Source: the human T2T-CHM13v2.0 reference genome, Homo sapiens. From it: a DNA stretch of 64,000 nucleotides. Each line of letters starts with the position of its first letter. Within the stretch, counting starts at the first letter, position 1. Positions 15,324 to 34,296 of this stretch are shown here, piece by piece. The translations under genes were made by a program, and so were the position numbers. The DNA lies in NCBI RefSeq assembly GCF_009914755.1, contig NC_060944.1. One strand, given 5' to 3'. Under the pieces are notes generated by a model that saw only the letters and a list, made by a program, of their open reading frames with translations, was not told the origin of the DNA and did not search any database.

Positions 15324-15790
15324 CAGTATCAGTTTGCTTTTGCTATATAATGAACTGTGTCAAAGAAGAGCACATTGAAACAACTACTACAGTTTATTAG
15401 GTCACAATTCAGTGGGTCAGAAATTTGGGCCATACTTCTGCTGATTTTGGCTGGAGACACTTGTGTATCTACTGTCAGCAGGGGGCGTATGGCCTTACTT
15501 ATGTATCTGGTAGTTGTCTGGCTGTTGCTTGTTTTCCTACATGACCTATCAACCTCCAGCAGGCTAGCACAGGCTCAGTCAGAGGGTAGCCACAGGGATC
15601 CCAGCATAGCAGAAGGGCAAGTACTTTCCAGCCTCTGCTTGCATCACATTTGCTACTATCTCATTGGCTAAAGCAAGTCACAGGTCACCCAGCTTCAAGG
15701 AGCTGGAGAAACAGACTCCAGCTCTTGACAAGAGGCACTGCAAAACCCCACTGCAAAGAGCTTGGATATTGGGTGGGGAGGACTTTCTAC
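15324..15790 (-). mobile_element. MLT1-family LTR
   Basis: GCCTCTGCTTGCATCACATTTGCTA...CATTGGCTAAAGCAAGTCACA typical of MLT1H-J. Confidence 0.7.
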
Positions 15791-15956
15791 CCTAGTGTCT
15801 ATCAGGGTTGACACAGTAAGTCATGATCCAGAAATAAAAGAACACACAGCTCTCTATTCAGACATGTGGGCTTGTGGACATGAAGCTGGAGAAACATAAG
15901 GTGATAAAGAAAATCCTGATGGAATTGGTAAAAGAGCCTAAGGCCCACACAAATCA

Positions 15957-16272
<316 letters not shown>

Positions 16273-16500
16273 AAAACAGAGTGTTGCTAAGTGAGGCAGT
16301 AAAATAAGGGTTCACAGTTAACTATTCAGAGCCAAAGCAATTGATTTATTTTGATAAGCAATAACTTCCTGCTTCCCATTGATTAATACATATTATTTTT
16401 TGGTGGTTATAGGTGTCTCATGATTCACCAATTAAGTTGGTGGGAGGAACCTGAAATACCTGAATAATGTTGTGCTTTTGGGTTCATACCTGACCTATGA

Positions 16501-16764
<264 letters not shown>

Positions 16765-16893
16765 TGATTTTGTGTGTATAAGAGAGCCAAGGTAATAAGT
16801 GAAATCAATTTGACGTACAACATGTAGCTCTTTTGTGTATCTCATCATATGGCTGATTATGAGCAAGATGAGCTATAAGAAATGGCACCCAGG

Positions 16894-17007
16894 GGCCAGG
16901 TGCAGTGGCTCACACCTGTAATCCCAGTGCTTTGAGAGGCCAAGACAGGAGGATTACTTGAGCCCAGGAGTTCAAGACATAGCAAGACCCCATCTCTATT
17001 TTGAAAA
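16894..17007 (+). mobile_element. FLAM/Alu left monomer
   Basis: Single monomer; TSD-like AAGAAATGGC on both sides. Confidence 0.8.
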
Positions 17008-19202
17008 AAGAAATGGCCCCTGCCATCAGAGGGCTTACAGGTGTTGGCAAGATACAACACCCATATGAACAGTTAAGTCAGATAACAAAGTAGCGTATGA
17101 CACATATTTTAAAATGTCATGGGCACTAAAGGCATCCAGCTCAGAGGAGCTCTACCTTTTCAGAGTGGTCATGGAGACTTTTCAAAATGGTAGGGCTGGA
17201 ACTGGCCTTTGGAGAATGATCTGGAGTCTCTTAGGTAGAAAAGACACACAGAGAGATAAAGACCAATCAGTTCAGCTCCTAGAGTGACCAGGTTCTGATC
17301 ATTTAATAGCTACCTGTGGAGAGAGTCTCCATTTCCCTTCCTTACAGTGTTAGGACTTCTGTGAATTTTGAAAAGATAAGCCTGATTAAAAAACAGCAAA
17401 GTATCAGTTTATTTTGGCCTGTGCCCACTTCAGCAAAGTGAATATTGCATTTGAAATACTGCAAGCCATGAGCTGGACTTATCCCTGAGCAGAAGAAGGT
17501 TGGTGTTTGTTACATCTTTTTATCATAGCTCGGTTGCAGCTTGCTTGGTTCTCACTTAGTGCCTACCGTATGCCACAGTTAGGGTCTCTTGAGACACAAC
17601 AAGAGTAGAAAATAGAAGCATTATACAAATAAATCAAACAAAAAAATGTGTTTAATGCCAACTGCATAAGTTATCTGGCTGCATGCCCAAATTCCCAACA
17701 TTACTTTGGAGTGACAGATACTGCCACAAGAACAAAGTGTTTTTGCCCTGGTTTCCCATTCTCATTTGAGGCAACTAAATGCAGTCTCCCATGCTCCATT
17801 TTCTGTGGGATAATGTGCTGTACCCCCATGCATTTTAAAGCATTCTATTTCGTCCTATAGGATTAGAAGTTGTCTTTTCTTTTTTCCTTAGAAATGCTCT
17901 TGATTCACTATGCAGAAAGTTGTGTTCATCATTCTGCCTTTGATGATTGCTACAATGCCAGATTTTAGGTGCCTACCCTTATTCAAAGATACTTCACGGA
18001 ATACAGCATGGCACTTGTCTAATCTTCTTTTACATTGTTGAATAAAGAGAAAAACATTAGCTCACAACAGTAGGCATTATCTGAAAGGAAAAAACAAAAT
18101 ATACTAATTCTTGAATTGCTTAGGAAGTCATTTGAAGAGATCATGACCTAGTTACTAAAATACTTTAAAAAATAAATCCATGGGCTTCATTCCAAGATGG
18201 CTGAATAAGAACAGGTCCAGTCTGCAGCTCCTAGCATGATCGATGCAGAAGATGGGTGATTTCTGCATTTCCAACTGAGGTACCTGGTTCATCTCATTGG
18301 AACTGGTTGGACAGTGGGTGCAGCCCAAGAAGTGTGAGCCAAAGCAGGGTGGGGTGTCACCTCACCCAGGAAGCACAAGGGGTCAGGGGACTTCCCTTTC
18401 CTAGCCAAAGGAAGCCGTGACAGACTGTCTCTGGAAAAACAGGACACTTCTGCCCAAATACTGTGCTTTTCCCAAGGTCTTAGCAACCGGCAGACAAGGC
18501 GATTCTCTCCTGTGCCTGGCTTGGCAGGTTCCACGCCCATGTAGCCAGGCTCACTGCTAGTGCAGCAGTCAGATCGAACCGTGAGGCAGCAACCTGGCTG
18601 GGGTAGGAGCGTCCACCATTGCTGAGGCTTGAGTAGGTAAACAAAGTGGCCAGGAAGCTCAAATTGGGTGGAGCCCACTGCAGCTCAGCAAGGCCTACTG
18701 CCTCTATAGACACCATCTCTGTGGGCAGGGCATAGCTGAACAAAAGGCAGCAGACAACTTCTGCAGACTTAAACATCCCTGTCTGACAGCTCTGAAGAGA
18801 GCAGTGGTTCTCCCAGCATGGCGTTTGAGCTCTGAGAATGGACAGACTGCCTCCTCAAGTGGGTCCCTGACCCCCATGTAGCCTAACTGGGAGACACCAC
18901 CAAGCAGGGGCCGACAGACACCTCATATAGGTGGGTGCCCCTCTGGGACAAAGCTGCCACAGGAAGGATCAGGCAGCAATATTTGCTGTTCTGCAGCCTC
19001 CGCTGGTGATACCCAGGCAAACAGGGTCTGGAGTGGACCTCCAGCAAACTCCAACAGACCTGCAGCTGAGGGACCTGACTAGTAGAAGGAAAACTAACAA
19101 ACAGAAAGGAATAGCATCATCATCAACAAAAAGTTCATCTACACCAAAACCCCATCTGTAGGTCACCAACATCAAAGACAAAAGGTAGATAAAACCGCAA
19201 AG

Positions 19203-20227
19203 ATGGGGAGAAACCAGAGCAGAAATGTTGAAAATTCTAAAAACCAGAGCACCTCTTCTCCTCCAAAGGATCGCAGCTCCTTGCCAGCAATGGAACAAAG
19301 CTGGATGGAGAAGGACTTTGACAAGTTGACAGAAGTGGGCTTCAAAAGGTCAGTAATAACAAACTTCTCTGAGCTAAAGGAGCATGTTCAAACCCATCGC
19401 AAGGAAGCTAAAAACCTTGAAAAAAGGCTAGATGAATGGATAACTATAATAAACAGTGTAGAGAAGACCTTAAATGACCTGACGGAGCTGAAAACCATGG
19501 CACGAGAGCTTCGTGACACATGCACAAGCTTCAATAGCTGATTCGATCAAGTGGAAGAAAGGGTATCAGTGATTGAAGATCAAATTAATGAAATAAAGCA
19601 AGAAGAAAAGATTAGAGAAGAAAGAGTAAAAAGAAAGGAACAAAGCCTCCAAGAAATATGGGACTATGTGAAAAGACCAAATCTGTGTTTGATTGGTGTA
19701 CCCAAAAGTGATGGGGAGAATGGAACCAAGTTGGAAAACACTCTTTAGGATATCATCCAGTAGAACTTCCCCAACTTAGCAAGGCATGCCAACATTCAAA
19801 TTCAAGAAAGACAGAGAACACCGCAAAGATACTCCTCGAGAAGAGCAACCCTAAGACACATAATTGTCAGATTCACCAAGGTTGAAATGATGGAAAAAAT
19901 GTTAAGGGCAGCCAGAGAGAAAGGTCGGGTTACCCACAAAGGAAAGTCTATCAGACTAACAGCGGACCTCTCGGCAGAAACCCTACAAGCCAGAAGAAAG
20001 TAGGGGCCAATATTCAACATTCTTAAAGAAAGGATTTTCAACCCAGAATTTCATATCCAGCCAAACTAAGCTTCATAAGTGAAGGAGAAATAAAATCCTT
20101 TACAGGCAAGCAAATGCTGAAAGATTTTGTCACCGCCAGGCCTGCCTTATAAGAGCTCCTGAAGGAAGCATTAAACATGGAAAGAAACAACCGGTACCAG
20201 CCACTGCAAAAACATGCCAAATTGTAA
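19203..20227 (+). pseudogene. L1 ORF1p, disrupted
   Basis: MGRNQSRNVENSKNQS... homology. In-frame stops at 19539 and 19746 plus a later frameshift. Confidence 0.9.
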
Positions 20228-20290
20228 AGACCAACGAGGCTAGGAAGAAACTGCATCAATTAATGGGCAAAATAACCAGTTAACATCATA

Positions 20291-24128
<3,838 letters not shown>

Positions 24129-25284
24129 ACAGTGAGAACACTTGGACACAGTGTAGGGAACGTCACACACCGGGCCTTTTGGAGGGTGGGGGACTGGGGG
24201 AGGGATAGCATTAGGAGAAATGTCTAATGTAAATGACAAGTTGATGGGTGCAGCAAACCAACATGGCACATGTATACCTATGTATCAATCCTGCACGTTG
24301 TGCACATGCACCCTAGAACTTAAAGTATAATAAAAAATAAATAAATAAATAAAATAAATCCATGGCAGAAGCACTTTTCAAAGCAACAGCAGTATTTTAG
24401 CTTTTTCTCAAACCCCTGGTGGTTGTGTTTCTTCCTCATGATCACAACTATTATTCTTGGTTAAAAATCTTTGCTTTCTTGACATTTGTCAGCAACGTTT
24501 GGTCATTGGTGTTTGTTGAATGAATGAATACAGAAAGGTCAATTTCCTAACAAGTTATGGTAAAATCTGAGAGTGATCTTCTTGTGTCCAGAGTTTCTAT
24601 ACATGTTCCTGCTGGAGTGGCTCTAGGGTAGCTGAGTGAGCAACTCTCCAGTTCAGTATTGCCCATCTCTTTGGATGCAGAGCAAATAGCAGTGCCTAGG
24701 TAACCTGACTGCTTGTATGCTGGTTTCCAGGCAGTGCTTTCAATAGATCTCCATAGGTTATAGAAAAAAATTTTTGTAATAATATACTATGTAGCATTTT
24801 AAGTTTTATTCCTTTAATGCATGTGTGTCATGCATACACATGCATTCCCACATGCAGTGGTTGGTCACCTGCAAACCTACTTTTTTGCTATTCCCTGTGC
24901 TTACTTGAAACCATTTAGTCCCTTTCATTCCTGTGGCTGATAGAAACAGGAAGGCCGTTTGTGATGGTTAGAACATTTTCTCTCTCTCTTCCAGCCCATC
25001 TGATCCCAAATAATATGAAGCAAAACTGAGATCTTTATATTTATGGGCAAAAATACTGTCTCCTCATCACAGGCCATCACTGTCACTTCACCACTAGGTG
25101 GCCACTGCCCCTCAAGGATCAGCATCCACATAGCTTGGGGTCCCGTCCCTCCTTTTTCCAAAATACAGAAGTCGATGAGCTCAATAATAGAAAGAAAAAA
25201 AAAGAAGAGTGAGAGGAGTGAGCCTAGTCATATTGCTATAAACAGAAGTATTTTTGTTTTTTTCCATGCTTAAATTATGTCTAT

Positions 25285-25577
<293 letters not shown>

Positions 25578-25860
25578 TAAGTCTGAGAGTGTTCACTGCA
25601 GGAATATGGCATTGACTTGAGGACACAGTCTCAACTTTCTTTATGTGTGTACACACACACACAACTGAGACAGCAAAACACTTGTGGCTTTTGACTAGGA
25701 ATTCTGCTATTATAACTGCAATGGAGATTTGTTATTATCACTGTAGAACAATCGTCCACATTTTCTGGTTGCTTACTACCACCAGTAAAATTAGTTTACA
25801 TTCAATATATATGTGCTGCTTTACAAACAAAGTTGCATAAAATATGACATAATAATATAA

Positions 25861-26184
<324 letters not shown>

Positions 26185-26383
26185 TATAATCAATATAATT
26201 CTGAAGCATCCTTCCCAGGTTCCACTGGGTCATTCTGCAAGCCTCTCCCCTGCTCAGGTGTCAGTCCGTTCTGGATGGGCCAGTTCTGAATAGCAGCAAC
26301 AGTCAGGAGGGCGGTCTTCTTCAGTAGTCCTTCACATGGGATCATCTTGAAAGCCCCCATCCCATTTGTCTCATTTGTCCTTA

Positions 26384-26815
26384 TGTTAGGTGAGTTTTCT
26401 GGAAGCAGATCAAGGCAGGAATTGATGTGCTTGTGATTCACTGAGGAAGGGACCTTCAGAGAAAGGGAGTGAGAAAGCAGGAAGGCCCAGGGCAGGCCCT
26501 AAGCAAGGATGTGGTCTCACCTAGGGTCCCAGTAACCTCAAATAAAAAATTCCACCACAGATTTGTCCCTCTTTGAAGCAAGAGTACCTGGCTTTTGTGT
26601 TTCCATATTAGGCAGTCATTGGCTGCCTGAGACTGGGGGGAAGGTTTGTGTGTCCTCTATAGAAGGTGCCAAGTGCAAGCCCTTTAGACACAGCTGGTGA
26701 AGGGGATCTGAGGAGCTGTCAATAGTCATGTTACCCAAGGGATAGGCACTTAATTCCCAGCGATCACCAGTGCTGCCCATCATCCACCTCAAGGAACATC
26801 TGAGAATACAAATGC
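26384..26815 (-). mobile_element. Ancient ERVL LTR (LTR16-like)
   Basis: TGTTAGGTGAGTTTTCTGGAAGCAGA... antisense terminus; boundaries approximate. Confidence 0.45.
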
Positions 26816-26820
26816 TATCA

Positions 26821-27273
<453 letters not shown>

Positions 27274-27599
27274 TTATTCTCAGATAAGCAACTTTGTTTA
27301 AGGGCCTTATATACATGGAAATGACACCTTCTTCAGTTTGAAAACACCAAATATTCCAGCCATGATAAAACCTCATGAATTTGAACTGTTTTAGACTATC
27401 CAAAGTGAAATATAGAATTAACCATGACAAATGTGCCAATTAATAGCTTTTTACCATCTTTTTCAAATATGTTACAAAGTAGACTTTAGCTCGGTTGAGG
27501 TCAAATTATCTTCAATTTGGAGTTACTGCTAACTTAATTAGCAAGGGTCTTAAAAATTTATCTTATTTTGAAAACTGTACTTATTTGTTGTAACTTTCT

Positions 27600-27745
27600 A
27601 TTTTTATTTGTGCAACTGTATGGGGGTACGTGAGAAAACTTTACATGTATACAATGCCCAGTGATCAAGTCAGGGCATTTAGGTTGTCCATCACCCAAGT
27701 ACTATACATTTGTGGCTAAGTATTGTCACCCTACTCTGCTATCTC
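27600..27745 (-). mobile_element. L1MA-like 3' fragment
   Basis: GTGATCAAGTCAGGGCATTTAGG..GTCCATCACCC...GTCACCCTACTCTGCTATC. Confidence 0.6.
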
Positions 27746-27949
27746 TTATAAGTTTGTATCCAGTGGTATGTGGTTCCAAAATATCTACAAATTGGCTGTT
27801 TTTTAAAAAATAATTTTTCTATACCAAATGATAGTTATATTCTAAACCCATACTGTGTGTATGTTTGTATCCACTTTATCAAACTGAGGAGAAATAAAAT
27901 TTAAAAATTTGTCATAGCACTAAGAAAGATACATAGAAACTGAAAATCA

Positions 27950-29585
27950 TACTTACATTTTTAGATCAAAGAAGACATTTTAACAGAAATTACCCAATAT
28001 TTATAACTGAATGACAATGTAAACACTATTTATCAATGTGTAGAGGGTAGTTAAAGTGATATTTGGAGGGAAAAATATAGCCTAGATGCATATATTTTTT
28101 AAAAGATGTGAAAATTAATGAGCTAACCACTCAAAGAGAATATGAAGTTGGAAAAACAGAGTGAACCCAAAGATCTCTGATGGAAAGAAATAAATTTAAA
28201 AAGCAAAAAATACTGAAATAGAAAACAAAATGCAATAGAGAACATTCAGAAAAACAAAAGCTTATTTGAAAAGAATAATAAATCAGTTAACTTTCACCAA
28301 GACTAAAGAAGAGAGAGAAAGCACGAATTAGTGATGTTAGGAATGAAAAGGGGAATTAACTACAGAGAAAAACGCTTTGAAAAACTAAGTCTACTATTAA
28401 AAAAAACTACCAATAAATTTGAAACGTTAGATGGAGTGGAGAATTGCTTTGAAAAATATAAATATCCAAAACTGACTGAAAATGGAGAAAACCTGAACAG
28501 ACTGGCAATTATTACAGAAGTTCAAGAAGTTATAGGTCTTTTCACTCATGAAAAACACTCTACCTCACCAGTAGTCAGGGAAATGCAAGTTAAGACAATA
28601 AGCTCCATTCCATAGGAGCATCCAACTGACAGAAAGTCTGATAGTACTAAGAGTGGGCAAAGATATGGGGAAAGGGTAACACCCAGACACTGCAGATGGA
28701 AATGCAGTTGGGGACAACTGGATTGGAGTAAGGAAGAGCCTGTTCGTACCCTGCCAAGTGACAAGTCTGAGTATACACCCTACAGCAGCCTTTGCCTGTG
28801 TGCACAAGAAGATATGCACCATACTTCATCCACTCATCTGCTTATTCAACAGACACTTATTGTGTCAGGTATTACAGGGCCCACGCACCCGATCGTTGTA
28901 GCGTTGTTTGAAAATAACCTAATTTTTGTTAATGGCAATGAGGAAATAGTGTAGTCTGTTCATAAATTGAAAAGTCCATACAGCAAATGAAAATAATGAA
29001 GTGGTCTGGAACATAGGTGTATCTCTAAAACATAAGACTAAGTGGTAAGCTATGGGAAGAAACCCAGACTATGTTACTCTATGGGTACATTTAGAAAACA
29101 CAGGAAGCGATGCCACTGTGCCTGGCCAGCAACATCAGCATCACCTGGGAGCTTACTAGAAATTCAGACCTCCCACCCCAGGCCCACTGGATCAAAGTCA
29201 CTAAGGGGAAGGCACAACAGTCTGTGGTTTTTATCATCTCTCCAGGTGATTGGTATGCACAGGAAAGTTTGAGAAGCTCTTATATTACACATGGGCACAT
29301 CTGTATGTGGTTTAAAATATTAAAACATGGGTGAGAAGATCCACACCAAATTCACAATAGTGGTAACCTCTGGGGAGAGAGGAATAAGGAAAACTGAATC
29401 AGGAAGAATACACATGGGGCTTTAATTACATCTGGAACTGTTTATTGCCTTTAAAAATGTGAGATAAACATGGCAAAACATTAAAAATATCAGTTAATCT
29501 GAGGGACACATACACAGATTTTTAAATATTCTTCTCTGGACATTATATGTTTGAAAATACTGCAATAACAATTAGAAAAATAAAG
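27950..29585 (+). mobile_element. Highly decayed L1ME-type fragments, interrupted by MER5A (~29120-29280)
   Basis: A-rich ORF2-like remnants (e.g. GGGAAATGCAAGTTAAGACAA); MER5A core CAGCATCACCTGGGAGCTT...AAGTTTGAGAA. Confidence 0.55.
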
Positions 29586-29693
29586 CAATAATTCCATCCA
29601 GAGAATTTGATGGAATATAGCTCTTTATTATTTGATATAATATTAATTTCATTCAATGTCATACCAACCGTTATTTGTGCCCATTGCTTTTAG

Positions 29694-29751
29694 GCGAGTC
29701 AGGGAGTTAAACAGCAGCAACACTAAAAAGTTTCTGGAAGAAAGAAAGAGA
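29694..29751 (+). CDS. PLCB4: PLCB4 coding exon (58 nt; RVRELNSSNTKKFLEERKR)
   Basis: ttgcttttag|G acceptor and AAGAGA|gtaagt donor. The RRVRELN..N.KKF.EERKR motif is conserved in PLCB4/NorpA-type proteins. Confidence 0.96.
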
Positions 29752-30181
29752 GTAAGTATTTTATTATATTTTTGGCATTCTTCCTTTAAAAAACTATAAA
29801 CAATAACATGCTTAGCCACCAGACCTCTAGCTAATTTGTTTAATTTGATTTTTCTGTACATTAAACATTCCAGCTTCTCTGCTCCCTGAAAGCTAAAATA
29901 ATGTCTCACTAAAATCTTTAAGGTAATGATTTGGCACCATTTTATACAGAAAATGAAGCCAGGTTTAGTCATGCGTAAGTCCTCTATTATTTTCTAAGAT
30001 TTTAGCAGGAAAGATCTTCCCAGAAATAATTATGAGTTTAAACTCTCCAAATTTTGAGATGATTTTTTAAAAAATTATTATCTCTTTCACTTAAATTATA
30101 AAGTTACAAGTCATCTCTCATCCCTGTTTTAAGATTGTAACCCAAAGTTCAATCAGAATTTTTTTTTTTTTTTTTTTGCAG

Positions 30182-30268
30182 CTTGCCATGAAGCAGTCCA
30201 AAGAAATGGATCAGTTGAAAAAAGTCCAGCTTGAACATCTAGAATTCCTAGAGAAACAGAATGAGCAG
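30182..30268 (+). CDS. PLCB4: PLCB4 coding exon (87 nt; [29 protein letters not shown])
   Basis: T19-gcag|CTT acceptor and GAGCAG|gtattt donor; phase 0-0. Confidence 0.96.
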
Positions 30269-30838
30269 GTATTTTACCTAAAATACGTAAAAACATGCAG
30301 GCAGCTAGCCAGCTTTGGGATACACATGCCATGGCCCACAGTGACCAGTGGCTTGCATATTGTAATTGAAAGGTAGATAGAAGAATTTGTTGCCCATTAC
30401 TATATTTTCTCCATTATATCCAAAAAGAAAAGAAAGTACCAGTTTTTGGAGCAGGAGCAGAATCTGGCTGTGCCAAAAAAAGAATATTTGGATAAATTAT
30501 GGGGATTATGTGAATTCTAAGAATGAAATTACTAAAAGTGAGAGGATGAAAAAAAGAGATTACGAAGTATTTCTCCATTTTCATTTAGAGTTTTATAATT
30601 TGCAAACTATAGGCAAGGGATATGATGTTTAAAAGCAAATGAGAGAAACCACCTATTTTCAAACTCAATCTGAAAACGAAGTTTAAAAACCTCCCTGGGA
30701 CTTACAGGTGGTATCTAAAGTCATGAGCCCCCATCACTCTACAAATCACTGAGCATGAGTGGATACCATAGTCTTGGTCTTTTTCCCTGCAAGACAAGAC
30801 ACTAAATAAAGAAATATACACAAATAAAGAGTTATCCA

Positions 30839-31131
<293 letters not shown>

Positions 31132-31577
31132 AGGAGTTACCCAAACACCAACTGTTTAGTTAGGCCAATGGGCATATACCAGCACCAAGGTAAATGTATT
31201 TTTATCTGGTGCATAGTACAGGTGGGCACCTTTCCAAATGGGCTACAGCCCATCAGCCTTCTACAGTAACCTTTAATTAATGGAAATCCCTCTAGTTCCT
31301 ATGGCAACAAGACCCTCAGTTATCATTTACATTTCAGACTCTCTCAGTTCAAATGTTATTCTTTAGGTGTAGTTGGTATAGAAGTTATTATTCCTAGGTA
31401 ATTCAATTTAGAAACGGAGAGGTTTTGATGAAATATGTACTTGTGCCACATTATTCCTTCCTGTTTTCTCCCATCTATAAAACAATCCTATTTAAGGAAT
31501 ACTTTTTTCCAGAGTAAATGACTCCCCTTGAAGAATACTTAAGTAGGAATTATACTAAAAAGTACCTTTGAGAAAGT

Positions 31578-31613
31578 AAAAATAAAATAAAATAAAATAA
31601 AATAAAATAAAAT
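31578..31613 (+). repeat. (AAAAT)n microsatellite
   Basis: About 7 AAAAT units, directly visible. Confidence 0.9.
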
Positions 31614-33624
31614 CTTTTTTGTATGGCAATTGGGTAACAGATAAATCTGACTTCTAGTTTCAGATTCTTTACTTTTTGGTGGACAGAAATTTTATTCATC
31701 AACATACTTCCTAGTTATGTTTCCCATTTCCTTTTCAGCTAAGTGCTTCTATTCATAAGCAAGTCCACTCCAAGGGGACAATACATGGTTATTGTCCCAC
31801 AGGTACAATTCATTTGACCAACTCATAAACACATCACATTCTGGTACAAGTTACCTAGCTTATGTTTTTGCTCTTAAAGCACTTCTCAGAAAGTGCTCCT
31901 GGGGGAAATATGGGAATATGAGTAAGGATAAAGTCACCATCTCCAAAGCTTTAGAAGCCACTTCAGTGATTCAACAATGGGTAGGGATAAGGATGCCTTG
32001 GAGAAGGTTTTTAAAAATTCTCCCTAGAGGAAGGGCACAGTGAAAGGTAAGGCACAGTTATGTGTTAGTTAACTAAATTAAGAAACTACTTGGAAATTAA
32101 TTGTGTTGCTTAGCAACAAGTTTGACTAAAGAATGTAAATGTGCTCAGAATTACTCATCACTACAATAGTGGTGTATGCCAGAGCTAGAGAAAACAGTCA
32201 TCTTGTGTCGCTAGCTTTGGAGCCGAAGTACATAATTTTTAAAAATCAGTTTGAGCTTTTATCCTAACACATGGCTAATTCAAGCCACACCAGAGTTCTT
32301 GCATTAAACTGCTAGATTAGTGATAGCTGTATTGATTAGATTGTATTGGGAGGGTGCTGGCTTTTTGTTGCAGAAATTCAAATATGTCTTTTAAGGTCTA
32401 CCACCCACAACTGACACTTTGAGTCACAAAAGCTTGGGAAAGCATAGAACATGAAAAGGCTTGAGACCTGATAAAGATTTAATGAGATTCAAGGAAAAGA
32501 CATTCAAGATATCATACTGATGCTTCTGGCAAGCAAAGAATTTGGACTTGAGTTTCTGTGTTAAGCTTTGCTTTAGAAATATGGCCTGTTCAATTGCAAA
32601 TTCAATCCCAGATCTTTCTAGTATACATTTTTTGGCATTTAAGGGTGAGAAAGCTCTCAATTCACAGTTACTCTGTATGGTACAACACTGTCATGGGCAC
32701 AGTGCAAAAGATACAGTGACTTCATTTCTTTCCTCATAAAAAGGCAAGGTCTGGAACTATATAGTATAACTGCCTTCATAACCAGGTAAACATTTCATCA
32801 GCAAGAACAGTTCTTTGTCTCCAGACAATGCAAACTTCTACAACAATCTTCTAAATAATTGTTAAATCCCAAGACATTTTTTCTAAGCCAGAGATAAATG
32901 TAAACATTCTCCCATAGTATTTCCCTCAAAGGTTTCTTTCTGTTCTCCTGTGACCCTACTCCTAATCCGTGTCCCAAATCTCCCCTTCCAAAGCAAGGCC
33001 TGGAATGGATTCAGTCCATTAGCTAAACCAGTGTTGGGGGCACTGGCAGAAACAAACCAGGCGTCAGTATGTTTTGGTCCTGATTCTGGATCCTCACCTT
33101 CTAGGTTATTTGTAAGCCACTTTATGTCCTTGCCTACTTGGTCAGCCAACTATTCACTTAACACTCTGAAGGTTGGGGATGTTTTTCCTACTTGAGTTTT
33201 TTCATAGACTTCCCAGCTACACAGTATATCTCATCTGTCTTGACATGTACCATTTCAAACATTAACGACTCCATTACTGTCACACACTCGAGTCTCAAAA
33301 ATTGATTTTTATCATCAATCCTATCATTTAATAAAGAGAGGTAAAAGGTTTTGCTTAAAGGCCAGGTTCTCCACTTACTGCCACAGAAGAGAGGCACAGT
33401 CTGGGAATGACAGGCGTTGGTTGTTTGTTTTGTTTCTTTTTTTTCTGTTGAGATCAACTAGGGGAAAGTTTGTCACTGAGGGGTGTGTACATGTTTTATC
33501 CTTAGCTTTTTGCTTTTCTGTATATGGTTTTGCATTCATTTTTCAAATTCACTTCAATATTCATTTATTTTCTTCGTTTTGTATGTATGACTCAATTTTG
33601 ACATTACTATTTTTGTACAAACAG

Positions 33625-33661
33625 CTTTTGAAATCCTGTCATGCAGTGTCCCAAACGCAAG
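33625..33661 (+). CDS. PLCB4: PLCB4 alternative 37-nt cassette exon (LLKSCHAVSQTQ(G))
   Basis: tttttgtacaaacag|CTT acceptor and CAAG|gtagga donor. Inclusion shifts the last exon to the GEGDAADG...QNAN frame, matching the longer PLCB4 isoform as recalled. Confidence 0.9.
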
Positions 33662-34167
33662 GTAGGACCGAAACTCTGATAAGCAAGACGTTGCTTTCCT
33701 TCTCGACTACGTCCGTATTCTCTGTGCAGTCTCCATTTATGAGTCACATCTGGTCATAACTAATATCTGAAGGGTTTGGATTTAAAAGCTTGACTATTCC
33801 ATGCTTGGATTTCTGATGTCATATTCATGCCAAAATGCCCTAAGTCTTTAGAGAATTACTTCTGAGGGTATTTGAACCTGTATTTTCTATTGCAGATTTA
33901 GGAAACAGATCATGGTAATAAAGACATAACCAGAACAGTGATGTGCAGCTGTCATTTGGACTGACCAGAGCTAAGACAGGGTCACAGAGTCAGGTCACTC
34001 ACAAATGTTAATATGACTCCAATTAATTTTTAAAGCGCTCGCTGAAAGTTGGTTGGTGGTTTTTAATGATGGAGCTGTGCTGTGCATGTAGAAACCTTAC
34101 ACGATGACTCTTGTCATGCTCTCTGCTAAGTCCCATCTGCCAAAGACCCTAATCACTCCTCATAAGT

Positions 34168-34296
34168 AAGGTGGTCATATAATTTATTGTCCATACCAGG
34201 ATAGTTTTGAGAGTGAAAGGCAGCTCTGTTTATAATATCTAGGACTACAGGCATAAACTGGAATTGCCTCAGACAAATGAGAATGAATGGTCACCC
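34168..34296. mobile_element. MER94-like (hAT-Blackjack) MITE
   Basis: AGGTGGTCATATAATTTATTGTCC...TTTTGAGAGTGAAAGG...ATGGTCACCC termini. Confidence 0.7.

Noticed and set aside
18289-18678. Intact L1 ORF0
   Set aside because: ORF0 homology (SDCC...GVEP..PG) is visible, but the canonical ATG (~18619) is out of frame and hits a stop after 16 codons.
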